From Desulfatiglandales bacterium (GTDB taxonomy: Bacteria > Desulfobacterota > DSM-4660 > Desulfatiglandales > Desulfatiglandaceae): a stretch of 64,000 nucleotides of DNA. Where the stretch lies: positions 3,104,001-3,168,000 of the forward strand of contig OY759599.1 in the NCBI GenBank assembly GCA_963662465.1. The letters run 5' to 3'. Made by a program: the position numbers and the translations under genes. The notes under the pieces are model-generated. The model had not been told where the DNA came from, did no database searches, and saw nothing but the letters and a program-made list of their open reading frames with translations. Positions 47,652 through 57,368 of the stretch are shown in pieces (positions within the stretch are counted from its first letter, which is position 1; the number at the start of each line of letters is the position of its first letter).

Positions 47652-47956
47652 AATGTTGCCTGCACCTTTATCATCATGTGTAGGGCAGTAGCGCCCAGTT
47701 TACAATCCGACCGATGTAATCCCGTTCGCACAATGTCATTCGTGATCGAATGGTCTTAAATCTTTAAAGAATTGTCAAGGATCGTTTTGATTCGGATAAA
47801 TCAGGCATGTACGGATGACCCGTGAAGGGAAACAACGATTTCCGTAAATCTGAATTTGGCAACCTTCCATTTGAGATATTGACAAACCCGGCAGAATAGC
47901 GACGTTGTTAATAAAATAAATGGGATTTGAAATTTACATAATCCGCTTCCGCGCTT

Positions 47957-50110
47957 TTAGAGCGTATACCGCAGCTCCAGGAAGAAATTGATGCCGGGCA
48001 TTTCGAGGGTGGCGGGTTCCGGATAATCTGTCGGGGCCACATAAGCCTTGTTAAACAGGTTATTCACGGTAGCGCGGAATTCCATGCCGTTGAAACCACC
48101 GGGAAGATTTCTGGCGATGAGCGTGGCATTCACAACGGCGTAATCTCCCGGCGTATCATCAGAAGCCCATTCTCTATATTCCCAGTCTCCCCGATACAGC
48201 AGATAGGTGTTCAAATTCAGGTAGCGATTCAGTCTTATGTTGGCGCCGAGGGTTCCATAATCTTTCGGCTGTCGCCAAGGAATCATGGGTTGATTACCAT
48301 CAATCTTTCCACTTATATCAATCATGGTGTAATTCATGTTTAAGTAGGACCCCCGGCCCAGATCATAACGCATCTGAAGCTCAACGCCTTTGTTCTCTAT
48401 TTCGCCTAAGTTCATATATCTGAGAACGCCGGTCTCAGAGGTGATATTGTAAATGAAGTTTTCCGATTTGTAGTAGAAACCGCAAATTTCAGCCGTGAAG
48501 CGTGGTAACAGCTTTAATCCAAAAGTCAACTCGTAGTTGTTTTTGGTAATTGGCTTAAGGTTTTCGTTACCAAACCTAACATGGTAAAGCTCCATAAGCG
48601 TTGGGGCGCGAAACGATCTTGCGTAAAGAAATTTGGTAAAAAAGTTTTGTGAAATGTCCCAGTTTGCGCTGATGCGGGGGCTCAGTTCACCCCCGCAGTC
48701 GCTGTAATGATCATAACGGGCCCCCAGCGTAATACTCAAATCATCCGTCAGGTCCCAGAGGTCTTCAACATATGCGGCCCAAAGGTCTCTTTTTTTATCG
48801 GGATATTGGAGACCTTGCGGAAAATCCTGAACGGTAGGCGTTGGAATGATCACCGGCCAGAAGGGTGCGGGGATGAAGTTGGCTTGGGTATTGTTGTCAT
48901 ATATTTCCATCTGCTGAAAGCTGATGCCGCCGACGAGGGTATTCCCAAAGGCGAATTCATAGGACGACTGGGCCTCAAACCCCGTGCGCCTGCTCTTGCC
49001 TTCATACTCAACATACTTGTCCTCCGACAGAATAACCGGCCCTGTGGGCGTCCAGACGAACGCCCCTTTGGGGGCCTGCTGAGCTTTCCAATTGGGCAAA
49101 TACTGGTTCCTGAAAACCTTGGCCGTCAGATCCAGTCCTTCTATGATTGTCTTTTCATAGCTCAAATTCAGGTAGTACTGCCAGTAATCGTATTTAGAGA
49201 TGTTGTCCAGTGTGGCATACCAGCCGAAGGGCAGATCGCGGTTTCTTTTGAGGTATTTTCCGTCAAATTTAAAATCATGGTATTTCACCGTCAGTTGGCC
49301 ATCCAACTGGTCCGCCGCACCCTTCGTGTAGCCGGGGGCCAAAGAGGCATGGGTGCCCCACAGTTTATCCAGATAGCTCTGGTAGTCCTGGTCCACCTTA
49401 CCGTGAAAACCATCGGTATTCAGGTAATCCGCGTATGCGGCGATTTCCAGCCCTTCAATGGTTTTTCCGAAGAGTGCGTTCCCCTCAAACGTGTTGTAAC
49501 TGCCACCCCGGCCGGTCAGCTGCAAGCCATCAATATCTTTTCCGTCCTTGGTGATGATGTTGATGATGCCGCCCATGGCACCGGACCCATAAAGCGCCGA
49601 CCCCGGCCCGGTCACGAACTCGATGCGTTTGACGTTGTCCAGATCAAGAGATCCATACACTTGAGCCTGGCCCATGCTCGGATTGTTCACTTCCTGGCTG
49701 TTGACCATAATCAGAATAAAATCGCTCTCGTTTCCTGAACTTCCCCGTGCAAAAATATAAGGTTCTCCCCATGTCCATTCAATTGTAAACCATCCCGGAA
49801 CGATTTCGATTACGTCTTTGAGGTATCGTGCCCCCATTTCCCGAATTCGGCGGTCCGTCACCACATAAATGGACCCGGGGGCTTTTTCGATGCGTTGGGA
49901 AATTTTGGCGGGGGTGATGACATAGGTCTCTTCATGGAGGTACTGGAGTTCGTCTTCCACCGGATCGTCCTCCTGAAGTGCCTTTGGAAGTTCATCTTCC
50001 GAAAAGGCCGGAAAAGGAAACACCAAAAAGCTCATCAAAAGGAAAAAAACAGCAACAAATAGTTTCACATCAGACCCAATCCCAAAAGATCCAATCCCAA
50101 AACCTCGCAT
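47957..50110 (-). CDS. TonB-dependent receptor
   Basis: Plug motif NVKRIEFVTGPGSALYGSGAMGGIINIITK, GARYDHYSD, SFRAPT, NNLFNK, terminal LELRYTL. Confidence 0.93.
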   Translation of the reverse strand: MRGFGIGSFGIGSDVKLFVAVFFLLMSFLVFPFPAFSEDELPKALQEDDPVEDELQYLHEETYVITPAKISQRIEKAPGSIYVVTDRRIREMGARYLKDVIEIVPGWFTIEWTWGEPYIFARGSSGNESDFILIMVNSQEVNNPSMGQAQVYGSLDLDNVKRIEFVTGPGSALYGSGAMGGIINIITKDGKDIDGLQLTGRGGSYNTFEGNALFGKTIEGLEIAAYADYLNTDGFHGKVDQDYQSYLDKLWGTHASLAPGYTKGAADQLDGQLTVKYHDFKFDGKYLKRNRDLPFGWYATLDNISKYDYWQYYLNLSYEKTIIEGLDLTAKVFRNQYLPNWKAQQAPKGAFVWTPTGPVILSEDKYVEYEGKSRRTGFEAQSSYEFAFGNTLVGGISFQQMEIYDNNTQANFIPAPFWPVIIPTPTVQDFPQGLQYPDKKRDLWAAYVEDLWDLTDDLSITLGARYDHYSDCGGELSPRISANWDISQNFFTKFLYARSFRAPTLMELYHVRFGNENLKPITKNNYELTFGLKLLPRFTAEICGFYYKSENFIYNITSETGVLRYMNLGEIENKGVELQMRYDLGRGSYLNMNYTMIDISGKIDGNQPMIPWRQPKDYGTLGANIRLNRYLNLNTYLLYRGDWEYREWASDDTPGDYAVVNATLIARNLPGGFNGMEFRATVNNLFNKAYVAPTDYPEPATLEMPGINFFLELRYTL

Positions 50111-50135
50111 CCCAAAACCCCCTCACTTTTTCATT

Positions 50136-51050
50136 CTATTCAATAATCCGGTTCACCGCACTAAGCGCCCTTTCACTGTATTTCAGGCCGTACGCATCCG
50201 CCTTCTTCATATTCAACATGATGTGTGACCCCGCGGGCAGCTGGACTTTTCGGGTCGCCTTATCTCCGGAAAGCACTTCCTGACTCATGGCGGCCGCCTG
50301 ACGTCCCGTGGTGGCATCATCCACGGATACCACCATCATGGCGCCGTATTCGGCAAAGGCCGGGTAATAGGTTAAAATGGGAATTTTGTGCCGGTCGCAG
50401 ATTTTAAATATTTCAAACAGGGTCTCCTTGCCCGACAGAATCACCGGGTCTGATATGAGCCACAGCGCGTCGATTTTTTTGATCAGCTCCTTCAAACTGG
50501 AAAGGGTATTTCTTTTTTTGGAAACCGACGCTCCGGTTAGCTGAAAATCCATGGCTTCGGCGGCCTTCTGGGCCTTTTCGAACCAGTGATTGTTGTATTT
50601 CGGGCTGTAAAGCACACCGATGCGTTTGATTTCGGGAAGCATATACCGATACAGAGTAATCTGCATTTCCGGATTCAGTTCGCTGGAAATCCCGGAGGTT
50701 TTGGGCGCCGTGGGGAGGCGCTGCCAGTCGATAATGGAGGAAAAAATGATGTTCCGGTCGCTGATGAACTTGTTGGCCAGCAAGTATGCCTTGGTTCCGA
50801 TGCAGTACACCAGGTCAGGGTAGTGGTCGTAAAGCAGCTCTTCCATTTCCCTCAGTTTCAGCTGTTCCGTGCCCAGGTCCAGTTTCAAAACAGGATTCGG
50901 CAGGGTTTCCATGAACGTCTCTTCTGCTGTTCGGTACCTGTCGATGGCGGCGTTTGAATTGATCACCATGATCTTGGGACCTTCGTCGGCTGACAACAGG
51001 CTTATGGCAAAAAAAAGGAGGATAATAACAATGGTTTTAACAGTCTTCAT
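50136..51050 (-). CDS. Periplasmic ABC-type substrate-binding protein
   Basis: Signal peptide; KRIGVLYSP, IDALWLISDP, GRQAA, LNMKKA...GL. Confidence 0.78.
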   Translation of the reverse strand: MKTVKTIVIILLFFAISLLSADEGPKIMVINSNAAIDRYRTAEETFMETLPNPVLKLDLGTEQLKLREMEELLYDHYPDLVYCIGTKAYLLANKFISDRNIIFSSIIDWQRLPTAPKTSGISSELNPEMQITLYRYMLPEIKRIGVLYSPKYNNHWFEKAQKAAEAMDFQLTGASVSKKRNTLSSLKELIKKIDALWLISDPVILSGKETLFEIFKICDRHKIPILTYYPAFAEYGAMMVVSVDDATTGRQAAAMSQEVLSGDKATRKVQLPAGSHIMLNMKKADAYGLKYSERALSAVNRIIE

Positions 51051-51884
51051 TCAACTCTCCAGTTTCAGGCGATCCGATGCATCCAGTTTCTCCCACCCGT
51101 CCAGGCCCAGCATTCGAATCCTTTTTTTGCCCTCGGAATCCCCGCCCATGTCTTGAATCAATTGAACAGCCTTCTGGCGGTCCCTTGAAAATCCCTCCGG
51201 GAAGGCGAATATCAACCGAAGGGTTTCCTCTCCCCGAGCCACGATTTTCATTTTATTGCAGAGTTTGGGGTTGATCCCCTTGAGCTCCTCAAAGGCCATG
51301 TCCGATGCAAAGGCCATTCTGGCCATCCCGAAACCCACGCTCATGAGGGCATCGATATCCTTGGGAACCGTGAGGATTTGAAAGGGCCTGGCGAAAGACT
51401 TTTGAAGCATTTTGTCAAGTGCGCCGGCCGTATACTGCCAGCTGCCGGCAGAAGCCACAAGCCCCGTTTTTTGAGCGATAATATCAGCCGATTTTTCACC
51501 GGCCACCACAATTTTCTGCTGATATTTTTGACCGTTTCGTAAACCGGTGAGCATGGCGGTGAGGTTGTAGGGTTTGTGGATATGGCGGTAATGCCAGCTG
51601 GACAGGAGCAGCAGGCAGTTATCTTTTCCTTTGATCTGCTTTTCAAAAACGTCCCTGGCACTGAACGGTTGAAATTCGTATGGTCCCAGCTTAGAGAGAT
51701 AGCGATCAAACTCCATCTTGAGGGATTTGAAATTGTTGATGTTGGCTTCGGTGCTGTAGAAATAGATCTTGGTTTTGCCCGCACTCATGGAAACGACATA
51801 GAAGACCGCGATGCTGGAAATGGTCAGCACCAAAATCAGGAGCAAGATGGAAAATCTCTTTTTGAAATGCTTCAACTTTTTCAT
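51051..51884 (-). CDS. Periplasmic PhnD/SsuA-like binding protein
   Basis: N-terminal hydrophobic anchor; VPKDIDALMSVGFG and MGGDSEGK...MLGLDGW resemble PhnD-like folds. Confidence 0.6.
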   Translation of the reverse strand: MKKLKHFKKRFSILLLILVLTISSIAVFYVVSMSAGKTKIYFYSTEANINNFKSLKMEFDRYLSKLGPYEFQPFSARDVFEKQIKGKDNCLLLLSSWHYRHIHKPYNLTAMLTGLRNGQKYQQKIVVAGEKSADIIAQKTGLVASAGSWQYTAGALDKMLQKSFARPFQILTVPKDIDALMSVGFGMARMAFASDMAFEELKGINPKLCNKMKIVARGEETLRLIFAFPEGFSRDRQKAVQLIQDMGGDSEGKKRIRMLGLDGWEKLDASDRLKLES

Positions 51885-51980
51885 TGTTGAATACGGTTTT
51901 TCGACCGACTCATTTTAAAGCGCTTAAACGACCACAGGAGCCACTGTGTGTTCCTTCAAAATTAGCCTGAAACGACATGT

Positions 51981-52000
51981 TTGACGGTTCAAACCGTCAA
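51981..52000. promoter_or_regulatory. Perfect inverted repeat (operator-like)
   Basis: TTGACGGTT-CA-AACCGTCAA, about 100 nt upstream of 51884. Confidence 0.45.
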
Positions 52001-52194
52001 CTTTTTTAAAAAAAAGTAGTCGAAAGATCAATTTCAGTTTGCTTAAAATGTCATGAAAAAATCAAAAATGCATTAGTGTACCATATGCCATTTATAGATG
52101 TCAAGCGGAATATCCCAGGGTATCGCATAAAATAATACTGGATAATTTTTTTTTGAGGGGAGATAATAGGGTGGCTTGTTATATACATGTTTGA

Positions 52195-52362
52195 ATGGAA
52201 AAGAGGCATTCGGACCTGATTTCGCGGCTGGATACGAACAATGGCCGCATCGACCAGTTTTTCATGACGACCGCAACCAAAGAAACTCAGGCAGGTATTG
52301 ACAGGCGTCTGATGCACCTGGAACAGGAGGTGGGTCATCTCAAGCAGCAGATGGCCGCATGA
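52195..52362 (+). pseudogene. Partial duplicate of the 3' third of the coiled-coil gene at 53655-54155
   Basis: 168 nt matching 53988-54155 with 5 substitutions; frame open for 55 codons. Confidence 0.85.
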
Positions 52363-52419
52363 TTTTTGAATCCATGTTCTTATAAACCGCAATCTCACTC
52401 AGGAAGTTTGCGGAATCCA

Positions 52420-52845
52420 TTAACCGGTCCGAATCAGATATTCTACAATCCTTTTTACAAAAAACTCGAAGTCGGGTAGATTCTTTTTGAAAATCCCGTA
52501 CACGAGTTCATCATCAACCCTTTCATAATAATGGACCAGCAGGTTGCGAAAAGAAGCCATGTTCTCAAATTTATTGAGATCTTCGGGACGAAGAACACCA
52601 TTTTCCGCTAAAACGGTAAATGTATCACGATAGCTGGAGGGCTCTCTCATTTTTTCATCAGAGATGATATGGTGGCCGACATCAATGCATGCCTCAATGA
52701 TCACATGCAAAGTCCGTTCAACAAAGCGACGGGAGCGTTTGTCTGTTTTATAGACCTCCCATGTGATATCAGTGGCATTTTTCAGATCATTCACTTCTGA
52801 GGCGATCTCAGCAAGTAAGCGCTCAACCAGTATTCGGTCAACCAT
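52420..52845 (-). CDS. hepT: HEPN RNase toxin (DUF86, HepT-like)
   Basis: ERTLHVIIEACID, PSSYRD, FRNLLVHYY (Rx4HxY). Confidence 0.9.
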   Translation of the reverse strand: MVDRILVERLLAEIASEVNDLKNATDITWEVYKTDKRSRRFVERTLHVIIEACIDVGHHIISDEKMREPSSYRDTFTVLAENGVLRPEDLNKFENMASFRNLLVHYYERVDDELVYGIFKKNLPDFEFFVKRIVEYLIRTG

Positions 52846-53245
52846 TTTTACCACCGTAAAGGACTTTGCGCACATAACGCTTATGCAGGTTCAAGAAGTC
52901 TTCGTAACTTTTTCGGCCCAGAATTTCAGCTTTTTTACGTATCTCAGGTGAGCCCTCGAATACCAGTTTTCCCGTTTTGCGTACCTCGTATTTAAGGATT
53001 TCATCTGCGCGGTTGAGCACAACCACATCAACGCGGCAGTCCACGGCCTTTTCAAATTCAGAAATCAAATGAGGGATTGCAACTGACTGGAGGCAGTTAC
53101 TTTCCAGCAACACAGCGATATCGATATCATTCGGTTCCCTTGTATTGTCTTTGACAAAGGAGCCGAAAATGTAGGCTGCTGCAATGCCTTTGTGCCGGGA
53201 ACAAATTGAAAAAACGGCTTGCTCAATGGCTTTTCTTGATTTCAT
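52838..53245 (-). CDS. mntA: Minimal nucleotidyltransferase antitoxin (MntA-like)
   Basis: YIFGSFVKDNTREPNDIDIAV (GSx10DxD), VDVVVLN; overlaps the hepT start. Confidence 0.88.
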   Translation of the reverse strand: MKSRKAIEQAVFSICSRHKGIAAAYIFGSFVKDNTREPNDIDIAVLLESNCLQSVAIPHLISEFEKAVDCRVDVVVLNRADEILKYEVRKTGKLVFEGSPEIRKKAEILGRKSYEDFLNLHKRYVRKVLYGGKNG

Positions 53246-53654
53246 TCTACTATTGCTCAACATTGCATAGCCATATATACATTATGATATGTTCCCAAAT
53301 GAAGGGCGTCAATTGTTTTATGAGTGATGTAAACGGCACACCGCAGACCGCTTCTTTGTGTTTTCACCCTACTATTATTCAACTGTTTCTTTTGGCGATG
53401 AACGACTCTTGCGTTTTTGAAATGCCATTGCGAGCCGGCTGATTTCCTCACCACTCATGTCCCCAACGCTGGATTTCCTGCCTACGTTCTTCATAGGGAT
53501 TGGCGGCATTTTCGAAATCAAGTACATATGACCATGCCAAAGAAATTTTTCCATATGCCAGTTATAGATGTCAAGCGGAATATCCTCTTGACGCAAACAT
53601 GCCTGGAATGTAAAAATAAATTAATGGGTTTGTTGAAAAAGGGAGGAAGTCCAA

Positions 53655-54155
53655 ATGGAAATACCGGAAAGCGTCAAAAAGCTCTTTCAGGAAATGATCG
53701 TTCCGGAATTGGGTAAAATCCAGGAAGAGAATCAGAAAATTGTTGCCATCCTTGAACTAACCAACAAACGGCTGGATGACGTCAACCAGCACCTGGTGGA
53801 TCAGAGTCGGCGAATTGATGAAGTTCGAACAGAGCTTACTGAGCGGATCGACGGCACAAACAAGCGGATCGATGAATCCAATAAGCGTATTGAAGATTTG
53901 CGGTTTGAACTGAGCCAGGAGATTAAGGATGTGCGATCTGAACTGAGCCGGGAGATTAAAGATGTGCGGTCTGAATTGACCGAAAAAATGGAAAAGATGC
54001 ATTCGGACCTGATTTCGCGGCTGGATGCGAACAATGGCCGCATCGACCAGTTTTTCATGACGGCCGCAACCAAAGAAACTCAGGCAGGTATTGACAGGCG
54101 TCTGATGCACCTGGAACATGAAGTGGGTCATCTCAAGCAGCAGATGGCCGCATGA
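53655..54155 (+). CDS. Coiled-coil protein with 11-aa repeats
   Basis: DLRFELSQEIK/DVRSELSREIK/DVRSEL repeats (33 nt); RBS GGAGG. Confidence 0.75.
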   Translation: MEIPESVKKLFQEMIVPELGKIQEENQKIVAILELTNKRLDDVNQHLVDQSRRIDEVRTELTERIDGTNKRIDESNKRIEDLRFELSQEIKDVRSELSREIKDVRSELTEKMEKMHSDLISRLDANNGRIDQFFMTAATKETQAGIDRRLMHLEHEVGHLKQQMAA

Positions 54156-54218
54156 ACTTTAAAAAACCATGTTCTTGAAAAACCTCAAACTCAATGTGAG
54201 AACGAGAAAACTTGTTTA

Positions 54219-54540
54219 TCAAAACGTATACCGCATCTCGAGAAAAAAATTGATGCCAGGCATAGGGAGGTCTTCGGGGAGCAGGTAAGCGGGATAATTC
54301 GGCGCTGCGCAATCCTTTTTCACCACCCCGCTGTCGGTAACGGTCGTCTGAATGTAGTTCTTTGGTTTTGAGTAAAAACCGCAAATTTCAGATGTGAACC
54401 GCAGAAGGAGTTTAAAACCAAAAGTCAGCTCATAGGTATCCCGGGTCATGGGTTTCAGGTCTTGATCCCCATACAGCGGATGATACAGCTCCATAAGAGT
54501 GGGGGCGCGGAACGCCCTGCCGTAAAGAAATTTCGAAAGG
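54219..54540 (-). pseudogene. Internally deleted 3' fragment of a TonB-dependent receptor paralog
   Basis: KFLYGRAFRAPTLMELYH...EICGFY and MPGINFFLEMRYTF match two separate parts of 47957-50110. Confidence 0.85.
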
Positions 54541-54674
54541 AGTACAATGATCATAACGGGCGGCCCATATAATACCCACGCGAAGTTATCAGGAACAAAA
54601 ACTGTCAGTTCCGCATTATTATAGGTGGCGATTGTACCGTGCTGATTTTCACACTGCAACTGTATTTCCTTTCA

Positions 54675-55613
54675 TCAGAAACGAAAGCTCACCGCAAGAC
54701 CCGCAGGTCGTTTTTCCGAAGTTAATACACGGAAATCAATTCCGTTCAACAGGCCTTTTCGAAAATCATCCCGAACCTTCCGGTTCCATTTGTGCGTCAC
54801 ATTGACGGCGCTGTAAATATTTCCCGAATACCAGCCCACCTCAAAAAAAGCCAAAATACCCCCCAGCACATTGTGGTCCTGGTGAAACGATTCCACTGTG
54901 GCCCAGATAAACAGGCCGTTTAACAGAAAAGCCACCACGGCATCTTTATACCGAGACACATAGACATGCCCGAGACCCGGTAAGACACCCGCCATAATCC
55001 CCGCCGTCGTCGGATCTTTGTGAGGGAGGTCCTCTCCCTTAAGGCTTTCCACGGAGAGACGGCGGGCATTTTCATACAGCTGACTTCCGGCTTCCACCTT
55101 ACTGAAATCATCCGAGGCTTTCCGCCAGCGATTTTCCTGCATCCTTGTCCATCCGAGCCGGTAAAGGGCCTTGTTTCTCAAGGAAACAGCAGGGTATCGT
55201 TTCAGCACCTCGTCAAAAAAGTCCGCGGCCTTATCATATACACCCTCCTTGTAATAGGACTCCCCGGTCAGGAAAAGGGCTTTCTTGGCCATGGCGCTGT
55301 CAGGATCAGCCCGAAATACCTGGGCAAAAACCTTTCGGGCCTCCTCATACTTACCTGAATCGAGATAACACAGCCCAATCAACTGCCGAGCCAGAGAAAC
55401 ACGCCTCTCCTTGGGGAAAAAATAGATAAAGCGTTCAAATTCACTGATGGCGCGCCCGTAGTCGGCCCTGTCCATGAAGCTGTGGGCAAATTCAAACTGC
55501 CCGTCGGCGTCAATAACGATCTGTTCCGAGAATGCCGGAGCCGCCCCCCATACCAGAACGACAGCCAGCACCAGAGATAAGTAGAATTTACCGGGGTGAA
55601 GCGTGTGCATCAT
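54675..55613 (-). CDS. TPR-repeat exported protein with C-terminal hydrophobic (TM2-like) region
   Basis: Signal peptide; AISEFERFIYFFP, KALFLTGESYY; AGIMAGVLPGLGHVY. Confidence 0.75.
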   Translation of the reverse strand: MMHTLHPGKFYLSLVLAVVLVWGAAPAFSEQIVIDADGQFEFAHSFMDRADYGRAISEFERFIYFFPKERRVSLARQLIGLCYLDSGKYEEARKVFAQVFRADPDSAMAKKALFLTGESYYKEGVYDKAADFFDEVLKRYPAVSLRNKALYRLGWTRMQENRWRKASDDFSKVEAGSQLYENARRLSVESLKGEDLPHKDPTTAGIMAGVLPGLGHVYVSRYKDAVVAFLLNGLFIWATVESFHQDHNVLGGILAFFEVGWYSGNIYSAVNVTHKWNRKVRDDFRKGLLNGIDFRVLTSEKRPAGLAVSFRF

Positions 55614-56046
55614 CTGAGTACCACCAGAAATCATTATTTTTAACGGGATCAATGATCTTTCCTTTCCCATTGCGGTTTTTCACGGGAGACACCGTCCATT
55701 CATCTCCCTCATGGATCAGACGGTCAACGGTCATCAACCACCCCATCACTAGACCATGCTTTTTAAACACCTGAACGCTGTAACTAGAACAGGTGGGCTC
55801 ACTGGGGCACCGGTCCCCATCGACCGCTGAGATATGCTTGGAAAAAAAAGACGCCAGCCAGGCGCCCACGTTGGTTTCAGATCCACCCTGCTTGACTTCT
55901 CTTTTGGCTAGGTTCCGTCCGCTTTCCATTTCAAAGGGATCGCCACAAACCCCATTTGTAAAACCAGGCCCCAGGAAATAAAAAACCATCAGGATGACTA
56001 TCAACATCATATGCCGTTTCACGCGTCGCTTCTCCAGAACATCCAT
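55588..56046 (-). CDS. YidD-like (membrane protein insertion efficiency factor/haemolytic domain) protein
   Basis: ISAVDGDRCPSEPTCSSYS...KHG..MG...DRL. Confidence 0.75.
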   Translation of the reverse strand: MDVLEKRRVKRHMMLIVILMVFYFLGPGFTNGVCGDPFEMESGRNLAKREVKQGGSETNVGAWLASFFSKHISAVDGDRCPSEPTCSSYSVQVFKKHGLVMGWLMTVDRLIHEGDEWTVSPVKNRNGKGKIIDPVKNNDFWWYSDDAHASPR

Positions 56047-56053
56047 TCTTTTC

Positions 56054-56091
56054 GCTAACAGCTAACAGCTAACGGCTAACAGCTAACGGCT
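56054..56091 (+). repeat. Heptamer tandem repeat (GCTAACR)x5
   Basis: gctaaca gctaaca gctaacg gctaaca gctaacg gct. Confidence 0.9.
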
Positions 56092-56315
56092 CAAACCCTA
56101 ATGAACCCTTTAAAATATGTCAAGATGTTCAAACAAAAGACCAATATCTCTTGACCTGAAACCGTTTTCCAATTATCCTATTAGAATGCCAATGTAAAAT
56201 CTTCCACATCAATAACTTTAATATTACGTTTTTTCAAAAAAGACAACACCATCGCAACGTATGTTTTCAAAGTTGCAACTCGGTTTGGATTCACAATCAA
56301 TCAAGGAGATGCCAG

Positions 56316-57368
56316 ATGGCTTGGGACTGGGACAAATTGCAGGAAAATAAGCAAAAATCATCGGGAGGAGGATCCGGAGCCCCCCCCAATATGGATGAGG
56401 TATTTGAAAAAATCCGAAGCGTCAGAAAAAAATTCCCAGGGGGATCATGGCTTATCGTTGTCATAGTGATTGCGCTTTTTCTGGGCTCCAGCTGTTTCTA
56501 CACAGTGGCGGTGGATGAAGTGGGCGTGGTTCAACGGTTTGGAAAATACGTGAGGACCGCCCAGCCCGGACTCAGCTTTAAACTGCCCCGAGGTATCGAA
56601 AAGGTGACCAACGTCAAGGTTCGATACGTTTTCAAGGAGGAATTCGGTTTCAGGACCCTTCAGGCAGGCGTTAAAACACGCTATGCCGCTTCAAGCTCCT
56701 ATACCAATGAATCCCTCATGCTCACCGGCGACCTGAACGTGGCGGTGGTGCCATGGATCGTCCAATACCGCGTCAATGACCCGTTCAACTATCTCTTTAA
56801 AGTCCATGATGTACGGTCGACCTTCAGGGACCTGGCCGAAGCCAGCATGCGATTGGTGGTGGGAGACAGCTCCATCAACGAAGTAATTTCCAAACGGGAA
56901 GAACTTGCGGGAAAAGCCAAAATCATGCTGCAGCAATATCTGGATGAAGCGGAGACGGGAATCAAAGTCGTCAATGTCGAAATGAAAAAAACCAATGTTC
57001 CCGAACCGGTACAACCCTCCTTCAATGAAGTGAACCAGGCCATTCAGGAAAAGGAGCGCATGATATACCAGGCCAGGGAAGCCTACAATAAAGTGATTCC
57101 CGCCGCCAAGGGAAATGCTGAAAAAACCATCAAGGCCGCGGAAGGCTATGCCTTGGATCGCGTAAACCGGGCAAAGGGCGACGCGGCCCGTTTCCTGGAT
57201 CTTTACGAAGCCTATGCCAAATCGGAAGATGTAACCCGAAGACGTCTCTACCTTGAAGCCATGCAGGTCATCCTGCCAAAGCTGGAAAAGAAGTTTTTTG
57301 TGGATGCCGAACAGAAAAATTTTCTTCCGCTGCTGAACCTGGAAACATCTGAAGGAGTGAAAAAATGA
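56316..57368 (+). CDS. hflK: FtsH protease modulator HflK
   Basis: MAWDW N-terminus, VVQRFGKY, MLTGDLN, TRRRLYLE. Confidence 0.95.
   Translation: MAWDWDKLQENKQKSSGGGSGAPPNMDEVFEKIRSVRKKFPGGSWLIVVIVIALFLGSSCFYTVAVDEVGVVQRFGKYVRTAQPGLSFKLPRGIEKVTNVKVRYVFKEEFGFRTLQAGVKTRYAASSSYTNESLMLTGDLNVAVVPWIVQYRVNDPFNYLFKVHDVRSTFRDLAEASMRLVVGDSSINEVISKREELAGKAKIMLQQYLDEAETGIKVVNVEMKKTNVPEPVQPSFNEVNQAIQEKERMIYQAREAYNKVIPAAKGNAEKTIKAAEGYALDRVNRAKGDAARFLDLYEAYAKSEDVTRRRLYLEAMQVILPKLEKKFFVDAEQKNFLPLLNLETSEGVKK

Noticed and set aside
50073..50120. 15-nt repeats (ATCCCAAAA core) at the TBDR 5' end
   Set aside because: Three short degenerate units encoding GFGIG/SFGIG at an uncertain start; no evidence of function
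52195..54155. Diversity-generating retroelement TR/VR pair
   Set aside because: The five differences are not confined to adenines of one copy (T>G, G>A, G>A, T>G, A>G) and no reverse transcriptase is present
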